DNA of 64,000 nt from an uncultured Candidatus Saccharibacteria bacterium (GCA_964432275.1 CAYSMH010000003.1:6718-70717), one strand, 5' to 3'. Shown: positions 29,142 to 37,729, counted from the stretch's first letter. Notes: a model not told the origin generated them from the letters alone. Numbers and translations are program-made.

Positions 29142-29482
29142 GACGCTGATCACTTCAGCTCTTTGAATTTAGTCCTTAGCCCTTGTTCCGCTACCATATT
29201 TCTGGTTTGGAATGAGGGCTAATTTTTTTTGCATAAACTTGTATAATGAGTACGGTAATAGGTGTAGTGCGGACGGCAAAAAGATTTATTCTGGGCTTTC
29301 CGCTACCGAATCCAGTATCCATACATCGAGAGTACTTAAGGTCACGGCTTCAGGTAGAGTGGTGTATGCAGAAACTTCAAAAAATGAAGATACTTGGTGT
29401 GAGAGATTAGGGCATTACGATGCCAGATACAATACAACCCTGAGAGTATTCGAGGGGTGGTGATACAGAAGATCTCTTGCAC

Positions 29483-29610
29483 ATTCCGATGGTGATCCGA
29501 ACTTGCTCAACGCGAACCGTAATGACGATGGGCGTTGGCTGAACACGGCGTATGACAAGCCTGACAACAGGTGGAACCGTGGGAACGGGTTCGCGTTTGC
29601 TGTTTCGCAA
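29483..29610 (+). repeat. DGR template repeat (TR), non-coding, adenine-rich AAC codon pattern
   Basis: Same repeat. Adenines occupy the variable positions. The shared 3' block GGGTTCGCGTTTGCTGTTTCGCAA is invariant (IMH-like), followed by a CTCTCCCA/TGGGAGAG hairpin plus T-run. Confidence 0.75.
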
Positions 29611-29635
29611 TTCTTTTCATTTTCTCTCCCAATAC

Positions 29636-29881
29636 TTACTGTTTGGGAGAGTTTTGTTTTGTGAGTTGGCCACTCCAACCGCCTAGCATTCTGCCGGCTT
29701 CATCAAGCTTCACCGAAAGTGCAATATATTTTTTATCGTCAATTGATTTAGTCTCCCAGAGTACAAGTAGTAGTAAGCGTAGAGTGTCAGCTTTTCTAAT
29801 GGCAAGACGCACATATGGGTGCTTTTCCTCCCGTGAGAGAAAGCTTGCGGCAGAAATTGCTTCTATTATTTCGACAAACAA
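29636..29881 (-). CDS. Avd-like (accessory variability determinant) four-helix-bundle protein, N-terminally short, TTG start
   Basis: The C-terminal segment ...LLLLVLWETKSIDDKKYIALSVKLDEAGRMLGGW parallels the Bordetella phage Avd C-terminus (...LAMLRFWLRFLAG...AEVGRILGSWI), a member of the 23S-IVS four-helix-bundle family. Confidence 0.5.
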   Translation of the reverse strand: MFVEIIEAISAASFLSREEKHPYVRLAIRKADTLRLLLLVLWETKSIDDKKYIALSVKLDEAGRMLGGWSGQLTKQNSPKQ

Positions 29882-30145
29882 AGTATCGATGCGTTGACCA
29901 AGAGAAACGGGGAGATGATTTCACGGTCACAAGCTCCGCACTTTAGTGCGCAAACAAAACTTCCGCTCTTTAGGCGGAAGTAGTTTATTTAAAAGTCCGT
30001 CAGCAGCAGCTACCATTACTGGAAGATCAATAAATGGATGGACTGCATGGAAAGATGAGCATGGAATAACGTTAAATGATAATTTAAGACAATAAATATA
30101 GAAATCAAAATTTTACACACAGCTTATCAGGGCTATAATAGAATT

Positions 30146-30535
30146 ATGGATAGGATATCTTCAAAAATAGCACCAATAGCCGGTATTATCATTCTGGTAA
30201 GCTATATATGGATTGCTGTATTTGGACTTCTCCAGACTGCTCATGCTTCAAATAGTCATACGCATTCAGCCTGTCCTTATATGGTTGGCCAGCATTCTAT
30301 TTGCTCCATGGATGTGTTTGACCATCTTCAAGCATGGCAGGCATTCTCTACAGTTACTGTGCCCGTATTAGAGATACTTGCTCTTGCAGTACTTTTATTT
30401 GTCACTGCATGGTTTTTACACGCACCACCACCCCTGTTAGGGCATTTATATACTAAACAAACTTATAGCCAAATACGTGAACCGTTATATCGGCGACTAT
30501 TTTCGCGTGGTATTCTTAACCCAAAAGCACCCTAA
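30146..30535 (+). CDS. Small two-TM membrane protein with Cys/His motif (CPYMVGQHSICSMD)
   Basis: ORF with hydrophobic helices inside a metal-resistance context. Confidence 0.35.
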   Translation: MDRISSKIAPIAGIIILVSYIWIAVFGLLQTAHASNSHTHSACPYMVGQHSICSMDVFDHLQAWQAFSTVTVPVLEILALAVLLFVTAWFLHAPPPLLGHLYTKQTYSQIREPLYRRLFSRGILNPKAP

Positions 30536-30581
30536 TAAGCACTCTGTAATATTTATTATCATTTAACTTAAATTAAAACTT

Positions 30582-30995
30582 ATGGAACAAAATAAAATAG
30601 TAACAGGAGTAATCTGTTTGGTTGCGGGGGTACTTCTCGGGGCAGTTATATTCGGTGGCAAAGGTGATACTGCTCCTGCAATAAGTAATACTAATAATAC
30701 TCATCATGTCATGCCGGATGGTTCTAATATGAACAACAGCATGGATATGGCCTCTATGATGGCAGGTATGAACGCAAATCTTTCAGGAAAGACTGGAGAT
30801 ACGTTTGATCAAGCATTTATCACCGAAATGATTATGCACCACGAAGGGGCAGTAGAGATGGCAGAGCTAGCTTTAACGAATGCTAAACATGCAGAAATTA
30901 AAACACTGGCTAATGCAATTATTTCTGCCCAGAATAGTGAAATTGCTCAGATGAAAACATGGCTTAAAAACTGGTATAAGGTAGAAACACAATAA
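30582..30995 (+). CDS. DUF305 protein with Met/His-rich putative Cu(I)-binding segment
   Basis: DQAFITEMIMHHEGAVEMA motif, preceded by HHVMPDGSNMNNSMDMASMMAGMN. Confidence 0.6.
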   Translation: MEQNKIVTGVICLVAGVLLGAVIFGGKGDTAPAISNTNNTHHVMPDGSNMNNSMDMASMMAGMNANLSGKTGDTFDQAFITEMIMHHEGAVEMAELALTNAKHAEIKTLANAIISAQNSEIAQMKTWLKNWYKVETQ

Positions 30996-30996
30996 T

Positions 30997-31494
30997 ATGA
31001 AAAAAATAAGTTTCGGAAGTTGGATAGGGATACTACTTATAGTATTAATTGGATTTGCTATATGGTGGACACCAAATGCTAAAGAAGCAAAGATTGAGCA
31101 ACAAAAAGAACAGACCAGTCGCGAAGTTGCGTTATTGTGTACAACAGATATGGCAACGCAATATCATATTCATCCCGAGTTACAAATTCTAATAAATGGA
31201 GAAAATAACTCTATTCCAAAAAATCTCGGCATTAAATCAAATTGTATGACCTCAATTCATACACATGATGAAATAGGAGTAATACATGTTGAAGCCCCAG
31301 TACAAAAAGACTTCACACTCGGAGACTTCTTTGCGGTATGGCAAAAGGATTTCTCAAAAAGTAAGATTCTTGATTACGTAGTAGATGAACAACATGAGAT
31401 TTCTGTTACAATTAATGGCGTACCGGTTGATACGTTCGAAAATACTATTCTTGGTGACAAAGATAAAATAGTCATCTCATATAAAACAAAATAA
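30997..31494 (+). CDS. Secreted His-rich hypothetical protein (possible metal-binding partner of the NirK-like protein)
   Basis: Signal anchor, HIHPE and IHTHDEIGVIHVE motifs. The stop overlaps the next gene start. Confidence 0.4.
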   Translation: MKKISFGSWIGILLIVLIGFAIWWTPNAKEAKIEQQKEQTSREVALLCTTDMATQYHIHPELQILINGENNSIPKNLGIKSNCMTSIHTHDEIGVIHVEAPVQKDFTLGDFFAVWQKDFSKSKILDYVVDEQHEISVTINGVPVDTFENTILGDKDKIVISYKTK

Positions 31495-31495
31495 T

Positions 31496-32731
31496 ATGTT
31501 TACTTATATACTATTTGAAATAATCGCAGCCCTCGTTGGAGGTATTGCCATTATTATAATTCTCGTACAATTGTATAAGAATAAGAGTGTAAAAAATTTC
31601 TTCAAAAAGAAAGTCGTTATAATACCCCTAGTATTGTTGGTCACTGCTTTCTTTGTTGGACTACTTGCGAACCGAACGTATCCACCACATTTTGCAATGC
31701 CAGCATGGATGAATTCTCATGCACCAGGCGGCGTTCCAGCATCAATTCCATTCCGTAATATCGTTGAATTCTTCACCTATAAAAACCGATTTGAAAAAGT
31801 GGCTGATATAGGTGCAGATCCGAATGCGGTCCCAGAACTTGCAGAGCCAGATCATGATAATGTGGTGAAGATAAGTTTAACGGCAAAAGAAGTCATCTCA
31901 GAAATTGCTCCAGGTATTTACTATAACTATTGGACATTCAATAAGCAGGTTCCAGGTCCGATGCTTCGGGTTAGAGAAGGGGATACTGTCGAGCTTACAC
32001 TCAGCAATGACCCGAGCAGTTTGCATGATCATAGTATTGATCTGCATGCAGTAAATGGTCCGGGCGGAGGGGCGGAATTCACACATCTTAAACCGGGAGA
32101 AACAAAAACCTTCCGATGGAAAGCTATGAATCCTGGATTGTATATTTATCACTGTGCGATGCCGAATGTGAGCACGCACAATTCTCATGGACAATATGGA
32201 CTCATATTGGTTGAACCAAAAGAAGGACTGCCTCCTGTTGATAAAGAGTTCTATGTGGTGCAAGGAGAACTTTACACAAATGGGGAAATTGGAAAGAAAG
32301 GTCTTGTCCCTTTTAATTCAAAAGATCTCATTGCGGGAAACCCAAATTACGTACTATTCAACGGTCGTGTAGAGTCTACACCTCGTATGGCAGCGGAAGT
32401 TGGTGATAAGGTTAGAATCTATGTTGGAAATGGCGGAGTAAATCTTATCTCATCGTTCCATGTCATAGGTGAAATCTTTGACACTGTCTATCCAGAAGGC
32501 GCAATAGGAAAAGAATCAGCAAAACTCCAGAACGTTCAGACAACAGCTGTTCTTCCTGGTGGTTCATCAATTGTAGAATTCACAGTTGATTATCCTGGCA
32601 AATACCTACTTGTCGATCATGCACTAGCACGATTAAATAAAGGTGCATGGGCAGTACTGGAAGTTACGGGTGAGAAAAACCCTGAAATTATAGAATCGGT
32701 AGGTGATACCAATCACGATCATACTCACTAA
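31496..32731 (+). CDS. Copper-containing nitrite reductase (NirK)-like two-domain multicopper oxidase, N-terminal two-TM anchor
   Basis: HDHSIDLHAVNGPGGG (NirK H-x4-H type-1/type-2 Cu motif), YHCAMPNVSTH (His-Cys...His) and SSFHVIGEIFD (NirK C-domain signature). Confidence 0.6.
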   Translation: MFTYILFEIIAALVGGIAIIIILVQLYKNKSVKNFFKKKVVIIPLVLLVTAFFVGLLANRTYPPHFAMPAWMNSHAPGGVPASIPFRNIVEFFTYKNRFEKVADIGADPNAVPELAEPDHDNVVKISLTAKEVISEIAPGIYYNYWTFNKQVPGPMLRVREGDTVELTLSNDPSSLHDHSIDLHAVNGPGGGAEFTHLKPGETKTFRWKAMNPGLYIYHCAMPNVSTHNSHGQYGLILVEPKEGLPPVDKEFYVVQGELYTNGEIGKKGLVPFNSKDLIAGNPNYVLFNGRVESTPRMAAEVGDKVRIYVGNGGVNLISSFHVIGEIFDTVYPEGAIGKESAKLQNVQTTAVLPGGSSIVEFTVDYPGKYLLVDHALARLNKGAWAVLEVTGEKNPEIIESVGDTNHDHTH

Positions 32732-33196
32732 TACAAAAACACCAGTCGAAAGCTGGTGTTTTTGTTATGAACTTATTGCTGAGGATGGCGCTCAAGAAAG
32801 TCGGATATCATCGCTTCTTGCTGTTCTATAAACTCAGGTCCATTGTGTTGTTCAAGGTATTTACGTAAGAATCCTACTTCTGCTCGTAAAGCCATTAGTA
32901 CACCTTTATCCTCTCCAAAACGAGTGGTTAATTCTTTTACAAATTCTTGATAAGTCATAATAAGATAATATCACTACTATTTTAAAAGTTACAATAAGGC
33001 GTAATTTAGACAACCCACCCTGTGTCACTTTTGTAACTTTTTAAGGTGCTCGAGACGCGTCGAAATGATATTATAAAATCATTAAAAATAACCTTACAGG
33101 GCAAAGCTAGCCATGGTTCTAGCTCGAGACGGCCAGCAGTTATAAAAATACCGGCTTAGATGAAATAATATACGACTCCAGTCGTCAAACCTATAT

Positions 33197-33652
33197 ATGA
33201 AAACAAAACAATTTATAGTACTTGCGGTTGCGGTGATAGTTGTCGTCATTGTGGCGCTTGGCATTGGTAAAAAGCAGGTAGTAGAAGAGCGTGCGTCTAT
33301 GGTGGGGTGCTATGTGGCAACACTTGGTAAAGATGTCTATACACTCACCATCACGTCGGAGCAGCGAGGTACAGTGCTCGGTACGGTGTCATTTGATAAC
33401 TTCGAAAAAGATAGCTCAAGTGGCACATTTGTCGGTACGTACAACGATGGTCTGCTCGTGGGTGACTACTCGTTTCAGTCAGAAGGTATGTCATCCGTGC
33501 GACAGCTCGCATTTCAGAAAGTAGATAATGGTTTTGTGCCAGGGTACGGAGAAGTAGTCGTGGTTGATGGTCGTGAGACATTTGTAGATAGTACAAACCT
33601 CTCGTACGACAACTCTACAGTATTTATCAAGCAAGCAACCTGTGCTCAATAA
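33197..33652 (+). CDS. Membrane-anchored hypothetical protein
   Basis: N-terminal TM, then a beta-rich domain. GC is higher than in the island. Confidence 0.4.
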   Translation: MKTKQFIVLAVAVIVVVIVALGIGKKQVVEERASMVGCYVATLGKDVYTLTITSEQRGTVLGTVSFDNFEKDSSSGTFVGTYNDGLLVGDYSFQSEGMSSVRQLAFQKVDNGFVPGYGEVVVVDGRETFVDSTNLSYDNSTVFIKQATCAQ

Positions 33653-33820
33653 AGCTTGTGAAATAATGTCTACTACACCATAAAGTTGACGAAGTAGTAT
33701 TCACATTTCTAATAAAAATCACACTTACCGTATCGTGATATAGTACAAGTACATAGTAGTAAGATGGATCGCGCCGGATGCTATGCATTAGTATAGTTAT
33801 TTTGTATTTTTGAAACCATT

Positions 33821-34123
33821 ATGAAAAAAATCTTAGCAACAGGGGCAATGCTCGCATACATCACGTGGTTTAACTCCGCTGGTGCACTGGCGGCGACCAT
33901 GCCTGAGATAGCAGCCAGTGAAGTACAGGGTCCTAAACATCATCAAAACATGCGTCATACCAAGCATGCGCATGACAAGCTTATGCGCTTGGCTGAAAAG
34001 TTTGAGATAGATCATATAGAACTCGAGCGTGATTTGCAGAGTAACAAATCAATCAAAGAAATATTGAGCAAGTACGGCATCACCAAAAATCAGTTTCGAG
34101 AAGTGATGGGCAAGCGTCGCTAA
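33821..34123 (+). CDS. Small secreted hypothetical protein
   Basis: Signal peptide followed by a helical His/Lys-rich domain. Confidence 0.35.
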   Translation: MKKILATGAMLAYITWFNSAGALAATMPEIAASEVQGPKHHQNMRHTKHAHDKLMRLAEKFEIDHIELERDLQSNKSIKEILSKYGITKNQFREVMGKRR

Positions 34124-34127
34124 AGCA

Positions 34128-34388
34128 GTGTATACTGTACCTATGACTACACTCGCACATGCAGACATGTTTTTCTTTATTTCGACGATTTGCTTTGTGC
34201 TTCTAACTATTTGTGGAGTTGTATTACTTGTGTACGTGATTGGTATTGTACGTAGTATCAAGAAAGCTTCAGATGCTATTGGTACAAGTTTGGCAGATAT
34301 GAGTACCGAAACCAAAGCGTTTATCAAGGATATTCGTGAGAGTATGGTGTACCGAATGTTTTTTGGGAGCTCACGCAAACGAAAATAA
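34128..34388 (+). CDS. DUF948-like small membrane protein
   Basis: Single TM plus coiled segment. Weak family resemblance. Confidence 0.35.
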   Translation: MYTVPMTTLAHADMFFFISTICFVLLTICGVVLLVYVIGIVRSIKKASDAIGTSLADMSTETKAFIKDIRESMVYRMFFGSSRKRK

Positions 34389-34427
34389 GGTATACTGTAG
34401 GTATTACTAGCACAATACAGAACAGTT

Positions 34428-34820
34428 ATGAAAAAGAATACAACCACAGGTGTCTCAAAAGGAAAGATAGTAGCTATTGGTGCAGGAGTAGCAGCACTCG
34501 CAGCAGCGTCATACTACTTCTTTGGCCCTCAAGGGAAAAAGAATCGTGCCACTGCAAAAGGATGGATGATCAAAATGAAGGGTGAGATCGTAGACAAAAT
34601 GGAGGACGCCAAAGAAGTCACCCAGGAAGTCTATGACACAATCGTCGACAAGGTAGCAGCTGGCTATGCCAAGAACGCCAAGGCACATCCAGAGCTCGCA
34701 CTCTATGTCGATACTCTCAAGAAGCAGTGGAAAGGTATCGCAAAGTCATTTGCTCCCAAGAAAAAAGTAGCAAAAAAGACAGCACCCAAGAAGGTCGCAA
34801 AGAAGGTGGGGAAAAAGTAA
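34428..34820 (+). CDS. YtxH-like general stress protein with Lys-rich C-terminal tail
   Basis: N-terminal GxxxAxGAGVAALAAxxYYFFGP hydrophobic motif typical of the YtxH family. Confidence 0.45.
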   Translation: MKKNTTTGVSKGKIVAIGAGVAALAAASYYFFGPQGKKNRATAKGWMIKMKGEIVDKMEDAKEVTQEVYDTIVDKVAAGYAKNAKAHPELALYVDTLKKQWKGIAKSFAPKKKVAKKTAPKKVAKKVGKK

Positions 34821-34879
34821 TTGCACTACGGTACTCACGGGCTATACTGAGAGTGTTACTAGACAAACAATAATTCGTC

Positions 34880-35032
34880 ATGCTTACAACTATCGCAGTT
34901 ATCTTGCTCATATTATGGTTGCTCGGAGTAGTGGGACTCTACACGATTGGTAGCTTCATCCATGTACTCCTCGTAGTCGCAGTGATCATGATCTTGATCC
35001 GACTTATTCGTGGTCAAAACCCTATAAAGTAG
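34880..35032 (+). CDS. lmo0937-family small membrane protein (50 aa)
   Basis: MLTTIAVILLILWLLGVVGLYTIGSFIHVLLVVAVIMILIRLIRG matches the conserved ~50-aa two-helix family. It is below the ORF-track cutoff. Confidence 0.5.
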   Translation: MLTTIAVILLILWLLGVVGLYTIGSFIHVLLVVAVIMILIRLIRGQNPIK

Positions 35033-35076
35033 ATAGAAATAGTACTCTCGCAAAAGGCCCTCTCGGGTTTTTTGCT

Positions 35077-35904
35077 TTGTGGTACGATATGGCCATGAAT
35101 GCCACAGAGCATACCTTGGTCCAGATAGTAAAAAGATACTATAAAAAGCATGGTCGGCACGACCTGCCATGGCGTCACACCACAGATGCGTACAAGATAG
35201 CTGTTTCTGAAATCATGCTTCAGCAGACGCAGGTCGCTCGTGTGATAGAAAAATACCAAGAATTTTTGAAGAAATTCCCCACACTACGAGCACTTGCCAA
35301 GGCGCCACTATCTGATGTGTTACGAATCTGGAGCGGGCTTGGCTACAACCGCCGTGCGAAGTTCTTGCATCAAATGGCACAATCGATCGTGCGAGATCAC
35401 AAGGGAAAATTTCCAACTACGTATGAAGCTTTGAAATCTCTGCCGGGTATCGGCCCATACACCGCCGGAGCAATCTACGCATTTGCATACAACAAACCTT
35501 TTCCTGTTATTGAGACCAATATTCGCACGGTGTATATTCACCATTTTTTTCCAAAGAAAGATAAAGTTTTAGATATAGACTTGATGAAAATCATAGAAAA
35601 AACACTCGATCAGAAAAATCCGAGAGAATGGTACTGGGCACTTATGGATTATGGTTCACATCTAAAACAAACAGGGAATAAAGTCCATCGTGCGAGTAAA
35701 CACTATACAAAGCAGTCGAAGTTTGAGGGATCAAAAAGACAAATAAGGGGAGCGATCATGCGAGAGCTTTTGAAAGGACCGGCGACGATAGTAAAAATAG
35801 TAAAAGAGATTGAGAAAGAAAAGGGGAGTGTACAAGAAGTGTTTGGTGATTTGGTGAGAGAAGGATTTGTGAAGAAGGTGAGGGGGAAGTATGCGATAGT
35901 ATAA
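35077..35904 (+). CDS. HhH-GPD family DNA glycosylase (MutY/Nth-like, no Fe-S cysteines seen)
   Basis: LPGIGPYTAGAI helix-hairpin-helix, GPD-loop region and catalytic Asp context. Confidence 0.65.
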   Translation: MWYDMAMNATEHTLVQIVKRYYKKHGRHDLPWRHTTDAYKIAVSEIMLQQTQVARVIEKYQEFLKKFPTLRALAKAPLSDVLRIWSGLGYNRRAKFLHQMAQSIVRDHKGKFPTTYEALKSLPGIGPYTAGAIYAFAYNKPFPVIETNIRTVYIHHFFPKKDKVLDIDLMKIIEKTLDQKNPREWYWALMDYGSHLKQTGNKVHRASKHYTKQSKFEGSKRQIRGAIMRELLKGPATIVKIVKEIEKEKGSVQEVFGDLVREGFVKKVRGKYAIV

Positions 35905-36103
35905 CTCTGCTCCGAACATTAGAGGATCTTCGAAACTCTTTAACGTAAAAAGAGGGGATTATAGCCTGGTGAATAAAGACTTTTTATATATTGACAAATA
36001 ATAGATTATATGCTATTATAATTCTATAGTTCTTTGAGATAGTTTTAGTGTTTAACACAGACCCTAACACACGAGTTTGTGCTAAACACTAAAACTTCAA
36101 ATA

Positions 36104-36634
36104 ATGAATAAGTATAAAACAATTCTTCGTCTACTCTGGTTTACAATTGCGTTTTGCTGCCTCTTTCCTCTATTTTACTATAAGAATCGAGGAATGGGTA
36201 AGGACGGACTTTTTATCGGAGGAGAAACAACTACTTCAAAATTAAAAGATTTGTTAAAAAGAGGAAAATTTCTTTTGTGTTGGCAATTCTTCTGGGCTAA
36301 ATGGAACCCTGTTGTAACTTATGAGACAACAAGACCACTTTACCAGTTATGCGGAGGCCACAAAAATCCATTTTTTGCTTCCATTATAACTTTCTTGTAC
36401 AGTGGAATTTTTCTTCACGGTTTCTCAATAATGAGTCCTTATTACATTTATTTAGTTATTGTAGGTAAATTTACCGCACATAACCTGCCTATTATTAATG
36501 TAATGATCTGGTTTATTTTAGGGTTACCTGTAGCAATAGCAAATACTTTAAGATTAAGAAGAATAAACAAAAGGGAAAAAAGATATGATGCTAAATTGGT
36601 ATACCATTTTCCACAAACAGCCATCTCTGCATAG
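36104..36634 (+). CDS. Polytopic membrane hypothetical protein
   Basis: Several hydrophobic helices. Confidence 0.35.
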   Translation: MNKYKTILRLLWFTIAFCCLFPLFYYKNRGMGKDGLFIGGETTTSKLKDLLKRGKFLLCWQFFWAKWNPVVTYETTRPLYQLCGGHKNPFFASIITFLYSGIFLHGFSIMSPYYIYLVIVGKFTAHNLPIINVMIWFILGLPVAIANTLRLRRINKREKRYDAKLVYHFPQTAISA

Positions 36635-36696
36635 AGGTGGCTTTTTCATATATCTATATCTAGAGCCTATCCTGTGCCAGTAGGGGACCCATATGC

Positions 36697-36724
36697 TTGA
36701 CTATATGAACAAATATGCTATAAT
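36697..36724 (+). promoter_or_regulatory. Sigma70-like promoter TTGACT-16-TATAAT upstream of the M50 protease gene
   Basis: Near-consensus hexamers with 16-nt spacing, ~65 nt upstream of the ATG. Confidence 0.4.
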
Positions 36725-36790
36725 GAAACAAAAAGGAATTGCCAAATCCTACTAAATCAAAAAAGAGGCCAAAACATTAAAAACTTAATA

Positions 36791-37729
36791 ATGAAAAGTA
36801 AAGTAAACACGTTAGTTGCTCTAGCTATTAAGAGCCCAAAAATTTTTAAGCTCATAAAGGCGATAAAGTTGTTAAAATTTGCTAAACCGATGGTAACAAT
36901 GATTTCAATTGTTATTTCAGTTGGGGCATATGCAATCATATACGACCCATGGATTGCCGTAGGATTAGTAGCACTCATCTTTGTTCATGAAATGGGACAT
37001 GTGGTGGCTATGAATAACCAGGGATTTAAGACAAGTGGACCCGTCTTCATTCCATTTTTAGGTGCAGCATTGTTTGCGCCAAAAGATATGAATAGGAGAC
37101 AGGAAGCAATAATCGGAATCGGTGGGCCGATACTCGGTTCGATTGCCGCATTTCTACTTATCGGATTATATTTTATCTTTCACGCAAAGTGGATGTTGAT
37201 GATGGGGTATGTTGGGATTTTCTTAAATCTCTTCAACATGATACCTATCTCACCGCTCGATGGCGGAAGGGTAACACAAGCAGTTGGCAAATGGTTCAAG
37301 TTTGTTGGATTTGCAATGCTTCTCGCATTGACGATCTCAATGGGACAGCCAGGAATGTTATTAATTTGGATTATTGTTTTGTTTGACTTTCATTTTATTC
37401 CAGTTAAAGGAAGATTTGCTCTTGCTCTAATCACGGAACTAGCAATGATAGTGCTGATTGCAGCAAAGGTAGGTATCCATAACGATAGTGAATTCTGGGT
37501 TACCTGTTTTGATGCCATCGTCGGCGGGATCTATCTTGTACTTATTGGACTCGCTATTCGTGGTAATTCAAAAGAGCTGGAAAATGCATTAGATGAAAAT
37601 TCAAAGCGACCACATCTTACAGCACAGGCAAAAATTAATTGGTTTCTCGTATGGTTGATTACAACTGCGATACTTTTCACAACAATGTTGCTATTGGCGC
37701 CATCGTTGAAAATTATTATGGTTTCATAA
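36791..37729 (+). CDS. Site-2 protease family zinc metalloprotease (peptidase M50)
   Basis: HExxH (VHEMGH) in a TM helix and an LDGG motif (PISPLDGGRV). Confidence 0.7.
   Translation: MKSKVNTLVALAIKSPKIFKLIKAIKLLKFAKPMVTMISIVISVGAYAIIYDPWIAVGLVALIFVHEMGHVVAMNNQGFKTSGPVFIPFLGAALFAPKDMNRRQEAIIGIGGPILGSIAAFLLIGLYFIFHAKWMLMMGYVGIFLNLFNMIPISPLDGGRVTQAVGKWFKFVGFAMLLALTISMGQPGMLLIWIIVLFDFHFIPVKGRFALALITELAMIVLIAAKVGIHNDSEFWVTCFDAIVGGIYLVLIGLAIRGNSKELENALDENSKRPHLTAQAKINWFLVWLITTAILFTTMLLLAPSLKIIMVS

Larger units (their letters stand above)
21214..33190. mobile_element. Composite genomic island 2: copper-homeostasis / NirK cargo, large serine recombinase, embedded DGR cassette (boundaries approximate)
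   Basis: Starts directly after tRNA-Gln. Very AT-rich metal-resistance genes, a serine recombinase plus candidate att inverted repeat, and a GC-richer DGR cassette. Backbone-like composition resumes near 33.2 kb. Confidence 0.5.

Noticed and set aside
28959-29153. Minus-strand ORFs 28959..29153 and 29407..29610 (64 and 67 aa) with near-identical proteins
   Set aside because: They are antisense read-throughs of the VR and TR repeat copies. Their similarity simply mirrors the DGR repeat, so they are not genes.
33040-33150. Cloning-vector polylinker contamination suggested by clustered XhoI/MluI/NheI/NcoI sites
   Set aside because: The flanking sequence is contiguous native-looking AT-rich DNA with no vector backbone features. 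The sites are short palindromes that can occur by chance. It is kept only as a low-interest structural observation.
34913-35170. 85-aa minus-strand ORF
   Set aside because: It is antisense to the conserved 50-aa lmo0937-family gene (34880..35032) and to the start of the HhH-GPD glycosylase. No support.
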